Shown here: piece after piece, positions 7,122 through 15,076 of the stretch
Layout: the number at the start of each line of letters is the position of its first letter
How positions within the stretch are numbered: the first letter of the stretch is position 1
Origin: a virus
Lineage: Duplodnaviria; Caudoviricetes
Length of the DNA: 25,420 bases
Virus record (IMG/VR): IMGVR_UViG_3300020044_006944
Coordinates: 1 to 25,420 of that record
Direction: 5' to 3' (one strand)
Position numbers and translations under genes: made by a program
Notes under the pieces: generated by a model
Told to the model about the DNA's origin: nothing
Seen by the model: only the letters and a program-made list of their open reading frames with translations
Database searches by the model: none

Positions 7122-7287
7122 TAAAAAAGCTATTAAATTAATGCAAAGTTTGCAGGATCAAATTAAGCATGAAAATTCGCAAGGCTGGTGCGTAATACGC
7201 GAAAATGATATAATTGATGCAATTGAGTTTATTGATTTTATTATTAATTCAAATGTTGAAGGAAAAAAAAATGCTGCTAAAAAATAG
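7114..7287 (+). CDS. hypothetical protein (57 aa; not in ORF track)
   Basis: MDNKKAIKLMQSLQDQIKHENSQGWCVIREND...; SD AAGGG; overlaps the ninG end. Confidence 0.55.
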   Translation: MDNKKAIKLMQSLQDQIKHENSQGWCVIRENDIIDAIEFIDFIINSNVEGKKNAAKK

Positions 7288-7298
7288 CAGCATAATTT
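7263..7298. terminator. probable bidirectional intrinsic terminator
   Basis: ATGCTGCTA-AAAAA-TAGCAGCAT hairpin (7271-7293) between convergent genes. A8 on the left is a U-tract for the minus strand; the right flank is T-rich. Confidence 0.7.
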
Positions 7299-7480
7299 TA
7301 TTTTCTGACTAACAAAAAATATTCAAAAATTGCTCGGCACATTGGGCGATTAGCTTTTGAGCCAATGGGCGCTTCCCAATTTTGCCAGGTTCGCAACGGC
7401 TTAAAAACTAAGGACGCCGCTTGTGTTTGCGTAAGAGAACCACGCGCTGCGCAAATCTCTGTTGGTGTTGGGTAATTCAT
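7298..7480 (-). CDS. small XRE-family HTH regulator (cassette A)
   Basis: LTQTQAASLV...LRTWQNWE; SD GGGAG. Confidence 0.85.
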   Translation of the reverse strand: MNYPTPTEICAARGSLTQTQAASLVFKPLRTWQNWEAPIGSKANRPMCRAIFEYFLLVRK

Positions 7481-7495
7481 AATATTCTCCCCGTT

Positions 7496-7729
7496 TTATA
7501 TAATTTCGTTGAATTTTGTCATGCCAGTGGCTAACCAATTTTTTACTATTAAATCAGCTTCTTCGACAACTGTGCTCTCATTGACGCCAAAAAATCCGAG
7601 TGCTTCGCCATCATTAAGCGCATCTAAAATACCTTTTAATTCAATATTTTTTTTATTAATTCCATTCTCTATTGAGGTAAGAGCGATTTTGTTGATTAGC
7701 TCATGAGCTTGTTTAATTAAATTGTCCAT
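7496..7729 (-). CDS. hypothetical protein (77 aa; cassette A cargo)
   Basis: AAGGAG 6 nt upstream of ATG 7729. The longer ORF-track start runs through the promoter. Confidence 0.7.
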   Translation of the reverse strand: MDNLIKQAHELINKIALTSIENGINKKNIELKGILDALNDGEALGFFGVNESTVVEEADLIVKNWLATGMTKFNEII

Positions 7730-7778
7730 TTTCATCTCCTTGTTTCGTTGCCGCTGAATTGCTGCATCCGATAAGTTC

Positions 7779-7806
7779 ATTATGCACGAAAAAACTTCGT
7801 GTGCAA
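7779..7806 (-). promoter_or_regulatory. sigma70 promoter with palindromic operator (cassette A)
   Basis: TTGCAC-N16-CATAAT; CACGAA-N5-TTCGTG (7785-7801) fills the spacer. Confidence 0.75.
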
Positions 7807-7814
7807 AGGCTTTA

Positions 7815-7904
7815 TCAAAAATTCCGTTTGTGTAGTCGCACAACCACAACACCAAGAATCGCAACAAACGAAACAATAAATAAACTCAATAAAATTAAAA
7901 TCAT
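7815..7904 (-). CDS. 29-aa hydrophobic peptide with basic tail (not in ORF track)
   Basis: MILILLSLFIVSFVAILGVVVVRLHKRNF; ATGA-coupled to the upstream peptide. Confidence 0.55.
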   Translation of the reverse strand: MILILLSLFIVSFVAILGVVVVRLHKRNF

Positions 7905-7999
7905 AGACCGCCTGTTGTATAAATATAGGCTATTGTTGGCACGGAAAAAACAAGAATCCATGCTATAATAGGCAATACGAATTGTTTAATTTTTTGCAT
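7901..7999 (-). CDS. 32-aa hydrophobic peptide (not in ORF track)
   Basis: MQKIKQFVLPIIAWILVFSVPTIAYIYTTGGL; start overlaps the end of 7986..8180. Confidence 0.55.
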   Translation of the reverse strand: MQKIKQFVLPIIAWILVFSVPTIAYIYTTGGL

Positions 8000-8180
8000 T
8001 TATTTCTTCCCATTTTCTTAACTCTCCAAACAAAACAGCAAGTCTATGTGAGCAAATAGCAAAATCTAACGACGCATCTAAAATTTTGTGGCTTTCGTCG
8101 TTATATTCATTCAGAATTTTTAATGTTTTAGTTAATTGCTTAATTGTCTTTTCTAAACTAATTTTGTCATACTCATTCAT
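7986..8180 (-). CDS. hypothetical protein
   Basis: ATG abuts the stop of the HTH gene; GGTG SD. Confidence 0.65.
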   Translation of the reverse strand: MNEYDKISLEKTIKQLTKTLKILNEYNDESHKILDASLDFAICSHRLAVLFGELRKWEEINAKN

Positions 8181-8378
8181 TTATTTCACCATTGTCGTTG
8201 GATTAATTGCCAAAGCAATAAATTGGTCGTAATCACGTTGACGCATACCTTTACGTGTTTCCCAAAGTTGCCAGGTGCGCTCGGTTACATCCATTTGTTT
8301 GGCGGCTTGTTTTTGCGTCATACCTGCTGCGTGACGGACTGCTAGAACGTCGGAGCATGGTATTTTAGGTTTGATCAT
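8181..8378 (-). CDS. small XRE-family HTH regulator (cassette B)
   Basis: R..AGMTQKQAAKQMDVTERTWQLWE; SD GAGGT. Confidence 0.85.
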   Translation of the reverse strand: MIKPKIPCSDVLAVRHAAGMTQKQAAKQMDVTERTWQLWETRKGMRQRDYDQFIALAINPTTMVK

Positions 8379-8416
8379 TGATTACCTCAGATTTGTAATG
8401 AATAAGTTTGACATGA

Positions 8417-8623
8417 TTAAATTTCCTTTCCTTGATAGAAACGTTTGAATATGATTTTTTCTATTAATTGAGTGCCAATCTTGTAGCTATCACCTCGAAA
8501 TGCAAAACCGTCAAAGCCGATTGTGAAATCTCTACGGCCAACAGTAACTTGATGCCCGTTATGCACAACGGTATCGCCAATTCGCAAAGTATCAATGTGA
8601 ACCATTTTGCTAGTGTGTGACAT
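8417..8623 (-). CDS. hypothetical protein (68 aa; cassette B cargo)
   Basis: SD TAAGGAG; beta-rich pattern LRIGDTVVHNG..VTV. Confidence 0.75.
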   Translation of the reverse strand: MSHTSKMVHIDTLRIGDTVVHNGHQVTVGRRDFTIGFDGFAFRGDSYKIGTQLIEKIIFKRFYQGKEI

Positions 8624-8705
8624 GATTACTCCTTAATTAATCTACCTGTGCGGCAGTGAATCTGATTATTTCGCGGGGTTGCGGTTTTGTTCGACCGATG
8701 ACTGA

Positions 8706-8733
8706 ATCATAGCACGTATTTTTTACGTGCCAA
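8706..8733 (-). promoter_or_regulatory. sigma70 promoter with palindromic operator (cassette B)
   Basis: TTGGCA-N16-TATGAT; perfect GCACGTA-N5-TACGTGC (8712-8730). Confidence 0.75.
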
Positions 8734-8874
8734 AGTTTTTTTTGGTTTATTTTGGAGCGATGCAGAAAAGAGACAATATGCTTATTTGACAGAGAGAGCG
8801 TAGCAAGACAGGGCAAAATAAATAGTTGCAACAAAACGATTAGACAAATATCATCATTCCGCACGCGTCAATAA

Positions 8875-9051
8875 TGTGATCTGCGTCACAATTTTTCCAT
8901 TTATGTGTAATTTATGTGTAATTTATGTGTAATTTATGTGTGATTTATGTGTGATTTATGTGTAATTTATGTGATGTACGTCACATTTTTATGTGTAAGC
9001 ATAATTTGCAAAGCTACGCTGTATGCTAATATTAATGTGATGGTCATCACA
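8875..9051. promoter_or_regulatory. three CRP-consensus boxes and a candidate late promoter
   Basis: TGTGA-N6-TCACA at 8875-8890, 8970-8985 and 9036-9051; TTGCAA (9006-9011) and extended -10 TGcTAATAT (9024-9032). Confidence 0.65.
8899..8973 (+). repeat. 11-bp tandem array ATTTATGTGT(A/G), about 6.8 copies
   Basis: Units start at 8899, 8910, 8921, 8932, 8943, 8954 and 8965; a further copy lies near 8988-8998. Confidence 0.95.
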
Positions 9052-9066
9052 AAAATAAGGTAAACA

Positions 9067-9501
9067 ATGGCTAAAACACAATTCGAGAGGCTTGACGAGA
9101 TCGGCATCGACGCTATATGCGCACGCATCGCTGACACTGAGTCGCAGCGCTCTATCGCTAAGAGTCTTTCTATAGATATCGCTACGCTCGTGCGATGGCT
9201 GCAAAGCGACGCTGAAAAGATACTTAAAGCGCAAGCGGCGCGTGAGCAGAGTGCATATATATGTGATGAGCTTGCACTAGCAGCACTATATGATATAGAC
9301 GACGATGCTACTCAAGCTGCTGTGACTCGTCAAAGGGAGATCGCGTCGCATCAGCGCTGGCGTGCTAAGACACGCAACAAGAGCTTTTCAGATAGAGTGC
9401 AAACTGAAAGTACAGTCGATATGCGAGTCAAGTCTGCTGTCGATCTTTCAGATGATGAGCTTGCAGCGATCATCGCAAGCGCGACAGTAAAGATCGTATG
9501 A
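9067..9501 (+). CDS. terS: terminase small subunit (Sf6-like)
   Basis: ICARIA..ES.RSIA.......T..RWL HTH, A.AARE..A...DE, QRW.A; SD TAAGG; directly before terL. Confidence 0.85.
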   Translation: MAKTQFERLDEIGIDAICARIADTESQRSIAKSLSIDIATLVRWLQSDAEKILKAQAAREQSAYICDELALAALYDIDDDATQAAVTRQREIASHQRWRAKTRNKSFSDRVQTESTVDMRVKSAVDLSDDELAAIIASATVKIV

Positions 9502-10901
9502 CTTATATAGACCCGAGCGCTGCTGCTGCAGAGCTACTAAGACGACGTAGAGCGCGTGAGTCTTTGATCGAGTACGCTCTATATACAAACTCTGCTTATA
9601 AAGCAGCAGAGCATCATCACAAGATAGCAAGCGCACTAGAGCGGGTTATGCGCGGTGAGTGTAAGCGACTCATCATATGCATGCCGCCAAGACATGGTAA
9701 ATCTGAGCTTGCTTCTCGGCGCTTCCCTTCTTTTTATCTTGCAAAAAACCCAAGTAAGCAAATTATAGCGGCGTCATACAATAGCGATTTAGCAAGTGAT
9801 TTCGGGCGCGAAGTAAGAAATATTGTCGCTAGTCAAGAATATCAACAGCTTTTTGATGTCGAGCTATCTGCTGATAGTAAGGCAGCGAACCGGTGGCATA
9901 CAAGCGCTGGCGGGATGTACGTAGCCGCTGGCGTAGGCACTGCAATTACAGGTCGAGGCGCTGACATTTTGCTAATTGACGATCCTTTCAAAGACAGACA
10001 AGAAGCTGATAGCGAAATAACAAGAGATCGAGTGTGGGACTGGTACACATCAACAGCATACACACGACTGATGCCAAACGGAGCAGTTATTGTTATTAAT
10101 ACAAGATGGCATGATGATGATTTGACTGGTCGATTACTTGACGAGCAAAAAACCGGCGGCGATCAATGGGAAGTTTTATCGATGCCTGCTATTGATGACG
10201 CAGGAAAACCTTTGTGGCAAGAATGGTACCCTATTGAGCGACTGGAGCAAATAAAAGGTGTCTTGCCTGCGCGGGATTGGAATTCTCTATATCAGCAAAA
10301 TCCTATTCCAGATGATGGCGATTACTTTAAGTCAGAATGGATAGTCGAGTATGACGAACTGCCCGCCGATTTGCATTACTACGCTGCAAGTGATTACGCT
10401 GTAACGGATGGAAGCGGCGACTATACGGAACACGGAATTTTTGGTGTGGACGCGCATTCAAACTTGTACGTAGTAGACTGGTGGCATGGTCAGACAGCGG
10501 CAGACGAGTGGATCGATGCTAAGTGCGATTTGATACGAAAATACTCGCCAAAGATGTGGTTCGGTGAGTCAGGCGTAATCAGGCGCAGCATTGAGCCGTT
10601 CATGCTAAAAAGAATGTCTGAACGTAACGCATACTGCCTAATCGAGTGGCTGTCCAGCATATCAGACAAGACTACTAGAGCGCGAGGCATACAAGCAAGA
10701 GCAAGTATGGGAAAAGTTTTTTTTCCAAAACATTCGGCATGGAAAGAACGTGTTGTTACTCAATTGCTAAGGTTTCCAGCGGGTAAGTATGATGATGCAG
10801 TTGACGTGCTAAGTTTAATCGGGCGTGGACTTGATCGAATCAAAGATGTAAAGCCAAAGCGTGAAAGAACTGTAAGAGTAAGCAGCGGCTGGATGGGTTA
10901 A
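9498..10901 (+). CDS. terL: terminase large subunit
   Basis: Walker A MPPRHGKS, ITGRGAD, Walker B LLIDD, TRWHDDDL, RNase-H-like acidic residues (ASDYA, YDDAVD). Confidence 0.97.
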   Translation: MTYIDPSAAAAELLRRRRARESLIEYALYTNSAYKAAEHHHKIASALERVMRGECKRLIICMPPRHGKSELASRRFPSFYLAKNPSKQIIAASYNSDLASDFGREVRNIVASQEYQQLFDVELSADSKAANRWHTSAGGMYVAAGVGTAITGRGADILLIDDPFKDRQEADSEITRDRVWDWYTSTAYTRLMPNGAVIVINTRWHDDDLTGRLLDEQKTGGDQWEVLSMPAIDDAGKPLWQEWYPIERLEQIKGVLPARDWNSLYQQNPIPDDGDYFKSEWIVEYDELPADLHYYAASDYAVTDGSGDYTEHGIFGVDAHSNLYVVDWWHGQTAADEWIDAKCDLIRKYSPKMWFGESGVIRRSIEPFMLKRMSERNAYCLIEWLSSISDKTTRARGIQARASMGKVFFPKHSAWKERVVTQLLRFPAGKYDDAVDVLSLIGRGLDRIKDVKPKRERTVRVSSGWMG

Positions 10902-10959
10902 TATTGTAATTGTAAGAAATTTATGTTAAAAGATGCACACTTAACTGACGAGCAAGCAA

Positions 10960-13341
10960 ATGATCAACGATAAAAATTCAATGCTTAATAATAAAAATTA
11001 TCTTGATGATGAAGATGACTATGATAAAGATAAAAAAGAGTCTAAGTCTGACGATGAAAACGAGCGTGAAGATGAAGCGGAGGAATGGGCTGAGGTTCAT
11101 AAGCAAGCGCTGAAAGACTTTAAGCTGTGCGTAGACGCTGAAGCAAATAACCGAGTAGATGCGCTTGACGACTTGAAGTTTGCTAGGCTTGGTGAGCAAT
11201 GGCCAGATGACGTAATCCAAAAAAGAAAGTTGGAAGGACGTCCATGCATGACTTACAACAGAATGCCAACTTTTATTAGAAAAGTTGTCAATGATGGTCG
11301 TCAAAATAAACCCGCGATTAAAGTGCACCCCTGCGATGATTCAGCGGATACGCAAACTGCCGAAGTAATCAATGGAATTATTCGCAACATTGAAAATTCA
11401 TCTAATAGCGAAGTTGCATACGACACAGCTTTAGACTTTGCTGCATCGTGCGGAATCGGATATTTGCGAGTGGATGTTCAGTATGCTCATGACGATGCTT
11501 TCGATTTAGATATCTTTATTGAAAGAATTAGTAATCCTTTTACAATTTATGCTGATTACAATGCGACATCTGCTGACTCATCAGACTGGAATATTGCTTT
11601 TGTTGTAGATGCTATTGAGGAAAAAGAGTATAAAAAAAGATACGGCGACAAAGCAAAAGTTAGCTTTGATAGTGACGCGTATATCGGTATGCCGGACGAA
11701 TGGCGAGATGGCGATAAAGTTATAGTCGCTGAATATTGGGTGCGAAAAGAAACTGAAAAAGAAATTGCAAAGCTCTCTGATGGACGGATAGTAGATGTCG
11801 AATGGCTTGATGCAGAAATGGAAGAGTTGCCAGGAACCACAAATAAAAATGCTTTGGCTCAATACAATGTAAAAGTTTTATCTACGCGCAAAGCAAAATC
11901 ATTTGAAGTCTGTCAATACATTATGTCAGGCGCAGAGATTCTCGAGGAAAACGACTGGGCTGGGAAATATATTCCAATTATTCCCGTTTATGGCGAGGAG
12001 CTTAACATTGAAGGTAAACGTCATTTTAGATCACTGATTCGTGACGCTAAGGACGCGCAAAGAAACTTTAACTATTGGCGCACGACAACTACCGAAATGG
12101 TTGCGCTTGCTCCAAAAGCTCCATTTATTGGTGCCGTGGGTCAATTTGACACAGATGCTGACAAATGGGCTGCTGCTAACGCAGAAAACGCGGCGTATAT
12201 TGAATACGATATTGTTCCAGGTGCACCGCCACCTATGCGACAAGGTTTTGCTGGTGTACCTGCTGGTGCTTTGCAAGAAGCCTTAAACGCCGCTGATGAT
12301 ATGAAGTCTATCATCGGTATATATGACGCATCGCTAGGTGCGCGTAGTAACGAGACATCGGGTCGTGCAATTAATGCTCGTCGCGCTGAATCTGAAGTGT
12401 CAACTTATCATTTTATTGATAATCAAGCACGAGCGATTAAGCATACTGGGCGTATTATTCTTGACTTAATCCCGCATATTTACAATAAAGCTAGAATTGT
12501 AAGGATCATGGGAGAGGATAAAAAAACTCAAAACGTGCCGGTCAATCAACCGCAACAACAGATAGATGGCACGTCTCAAGTGTATGATCTGACAGTCGGT
12601 AAGTATGATTTAATTGTAAATGTTGGACTCGGGTTCCAAACGCGTAGAGAGGAAGCAGCTTACGGAATGACAGAGCTAGTTCGTTCGTATCCGATGGCTG
12701 CGCCTATTATCGCTCCGCATTTAGCGGAGGCGCAAGATTGGCCAGGCGCTGATAAGATTGCCGAAGAACTTAGAATGCTATCTCCACAAGCGCAACAAGG
12801 TAATCCACAAGTACAACAAGCAGAGCAAGCAATACAACAACTGCAAGCACAATTACAGCAAGCGCAGCAGGTTATACAGTCAATACAGACTGATAAGAGC
12901 CTAGAGGCGCAAAAGTTAGAAATTGACAAGTTTAACGCTGAAACTAATCGACTAAAAACTCAAAAAGAAATTCAGCCACAAATGATAAATGCTCAAGGGG
13001 ATAATGTGGACGAAAGAGAAAAAATTGCTCTTGAAACTGAATCAAAGGTTATCATTGAAAAAGTGAAGCAAGAAGGGCAAAAAGAATTAGAATTGCTTAA
13101 ACAAAAAGCCGAAATAGCAAAAGCTAACACTAATCAACTATTGACTGTTGATGAAAATCTTAACTTAGTGCCTAGTGATGTTGTGTTAGAAATAAAGCAA
13201 GTTATTGACGCATTAGGAAATGAAATGCAAAATGTAAAAAAACGTGCGTCAGCAAAAAGAAAATTGATCCGCGATGAGAACGGTCGCCCTGCTGGCTCAA
13301 TTATTGTAGATGAATTTGATAACCCTATCGGTGAGGTTTAA
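10960..13341 (+). CDS. P22-like portal protein with long C-terminal coiled coil
   Basis: D.KF...GEQW, RP..T.N, IPIIPVYG, AKDAQR..NYW, SNETSGRAI.AR, G.YD..V..G; Q-rich barrel region. Confidence 0.93.
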   Translation: MINDKNSMLNNKNYLDDEDDYDKDKKESKSDDENEREDEAEEWAEVHKQALKDFKLCVDAEANNRVDALDDLKFARLGEQWPDDVIQKRKLEGRPCMTYNRMPTFIRKVVNDGRQNKPAIKVHPCDDSADTQTAEVINGIIRNIENSSNSEVAYDTALDFAASCGIGYLRVDVQYAHDDAFDLDIFIERISNPFTIYADYNATSADSSDWNIAFVVDAIEEKEYKKRYGDKAKVSFDSDAYIGMPDEWRDGDKVIVAEYWVRKETEKEIAKLSDGRIVDVEWLDAEMEELPGTTNKNALAQYNVKVLSTRKAKSFEVCQYIMSGAEILEENDWAGKYIPIIPVYGEELNIEGKRHFRSLIRDAKDAQRNFNYWRTTTTEMVALAPKAPFIGAVGQFDTDADKWAAANAENAAYIEYDIVPGAPPPMRQGFAGVPAGALQEALNAADDMKSIIGIYDASLGARSNETSGRAINARRAESEVSTYHFIDNQARAIKHTGRIILDLIPHIYNKARIVRIMGEDKKTQNVPVNQPQQQIDGTSQVYDLTVGKYDLIVNVGLGFQTRREEAAYGMTELVRSYPMAAPIIAPHLAEAQDWPGADKIAEELRMLSPQAQQGNPQVQQAEQAIQQLQAQLQQAQQVIQSIQTDKSLEAQKLEIDKFNAETNRLKTQKEIQPQMINAQGDNVDEREKIALETESKVIIEKVKQEGQKELELLKQKAEIAKANTNQLLTVDENLNLVPSDVVLEIKQVIDALGNEMQNVKKRASAKRKLIRDENGRPAGSIIVDEFDNPIGEV

Positions 13342-13343
13342 AT

Positions 13344-13739
13344 ATGGCTTTGGCATATGATGTATCAATTAGAAATTCAATGCTTGACGCAATTACAACT
13401 CGCGCAGGAGCATCTGCACTGCTGCGTATTTATGACGGATCGCGTCCAGCTACAGGCGGTGCTGCGACTACTCTTTTGGCAGAATTGACATGTAACGCGA
13501 CTTTTGCGCCTTCAGCATCTAGCGGAGTTTTAACTCTAAACAGCATTACGCAAGACTCAAGCGCAAATGCTACGGGTACTGCGGCGTGGTTTAGAATTGT
13601 AAAAAGTGATGGAACGACATTTGTATTAGATGGCAGTGTTGGTACTTCTGGAAGTGATTTAAACTTAACAACAACAAGCATTGTCGCCACGCAGCCAGTA
13701 AACATTACTTCATTTGTGATTACTGAAGGTAACGCGTAA
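13344..13739 (+). CDS. putative virion structural protein
   Basis: LRIYDGSRPA...LLAEL, A.ATGTA.WFRI, DGSVGTSG.DL pattern recalled from small phage structural proteins. Confidence 0.65.
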   Translation: MALAYDVSIRNSMLDAITTRAGASALLRIYDGSRPATGGAATTLLAELTCNATFAPSASSGVLTLNSITQDSSANATGTAAWFRIVKSDGTTFVLDGSVGTSGSDLNLTTTSIVATQPVNITSFVITEGNA

Positions 13740-14095
13740 TGATTGAATATAAAACTCACGACAATGGGCCAGTGACATCGATTCACGTAGAACCAGGAGC
13801 TGTTATTGTCACAATGACGTTTAACAGTTTATTTGAGTTTACGCCTATGCACGCTCACACGTTTGACCATTGGATGGAATGTGTAAAAGGTGCTGCTGTA
13901 ATATCAATCGATGGTGTTGATACTGTTGTTCGTGCTGGTGATAAATATTTAGTTGAGGCGCACAAAGAGCATAGCGCAAAGCCTTTAGAGTCTTTTACCG
14001 TTTTACGTTGCGTGCATGAAAATAGTGAGGTAGACCCATCAAAATGCAAAGAGGGAATACCTTTGGAGTGGGTTAACAGACTGACGGTGCATTAA
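13739..14095 (+). CDS. cupin-domain protein
   Basis: PMHAHTFDH...CVKG and AGD...VEAHKEH cupin motifs 1 and 2. Confidence 0.8.
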   Translation: MIEYKTHDNGPVTSIHVEPGAVIVTMTFNSLFEFTPMHAHTFDHWMECVKGAAVISIDGVDTVVRAGDKYLVEAHKEHSAKPLESFTVLRCVHENSEVDPSKCKEGIPLEWVNRLTVH

Positions 14096-15075
14096 TGAGA
14101 GCAGACTATTTAGAAATGTCGGTGACGTCAATTGCTGGCACTAATGGCAATGGCGCGGTAACAATGTCAAGGATTACAAATACGCCAACGTTTGATGAAT
14201 CTTTTAACACATCATCGCTAACAAGAACAGTCGAATATGTAATTGAGGACACATCAAGACTATGTTTTGAGCGTGGCATTGGCACTGTAACTGGTAATGT
14301 TCTAACTCGTGGCAGTCCTAAAACTACGTGGGATCAAACCACTTTAAATCAAAACAACCCAACAGCATTTGCATTTTTAGCATCTGGATCGGCTGGAAAT
14401 ATCAGGGTTAGATGCTCGCCAACTATGGCAAGCGCAGCACCTACTTACCCTGGCGTAATGCAAGGAGTTTCTCCAGTCAATTTAAATTTAGGGCATCACA
14501 CAAGCGCTCATATTTCAATGAACGCAATACAATCAAGTACTACCGTAGTTACAGGCACTGAATATTATTTGCCTTATTTGTGGGAAGGTAATGGGGCAAT
14601 AACGTCATTTGCAATTTGGTTGCAAACCGCACAAACTGGGGCGGCTGTTAAAGTTGGAATTTATGAAACACAAACAGATGGAACACCTGGGAATTGCATA
14701 ACTCACTGCAACGCAGGCGCTATATCTTTATCTTCTGGCTCTGGTGCTTTAGTTACTAGCGCAATAACAACCGCTAATAATTGGTCGGTAGAGTCACCAA
14801 ATATTGCACCTGGGTGGTATTACATTGGCTTGGTATTTACAGCAACTACAACATTTCCAACAATTGGCCATCATGCAATTGGATCAATGGTGCGAATGTC
14901 ACCAATTGGATGGGGCGCAAACTATGGAGCCGCGCAAGTCTTATTGGCGACGGCATCTGTTAATTATGCGACTGGGTTACCTACTGGAATTCCTGGTAGA
15001 ACGTATCTAATTACCAATTCGCAAACTTCGACAAGTGGCAGGCAATACCTTGTCGGGCTAAAGCCAAGGATATAA
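14095..15075 (+). CDS. putative fibre/appendage protein
   Basis: N-terminal YVIED....FERGIGT.....LTR, T/S/G-rich beta body; followed by a DUF4376-like gene. Confidence 0.55.
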   Translation: MRADYLEMSVTSIAGTNGNGAVTMSRITNTPTFDESFNTSSLTRTVEYVIEDTSRLCFERGIGTVTGNVLTRGSPKTTWDQTTLNQNNPTAFAFLASGSAGNIRVRCSPTMASAAPTYPGVMQGVSPVNLNLGHHTSAHISMNAIQSSTTVVTGTEYYLPYLWEGNGAITSFAIWLQTAQTGAAVKVGIYETQTDGTPGNCITHCNAGAISLSSGSGALVTSAITTANNWSVESPNIAPGWYYIGLVFTATTTFPTIGHHAIGSMVRMSPIGWGANYGAAQVLLATASVNYATGLPTGIPGRTYLITNSQTSTSGRQYLVGLKPRI

Positions 15076-15076
15076 C

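Noticed and set aside
7730-7876. Long start for ORF 7496..7876
   Set aside because: It runs through a clear promoter/operator; a strong SD supports ATG 7729.
7939-7969. Partial operator copy GCACGGAAAAAAC and + strand extended -10 TGCTATAAT (possible antisense promoter)
   Set aside because: Only a half-site, no properly spaced -35, and it lies within a plausible coding sequence in AT-rich DNA.
8637-8864. 75-aa minus-strand ORF
   Set aside because: It spans the cassette B promoter and leader with no SD or recognisable motif.
8899-8973. 11-bp array as a mini-CRISPR
   Set aside because: Contiguous tandem units without spacers.
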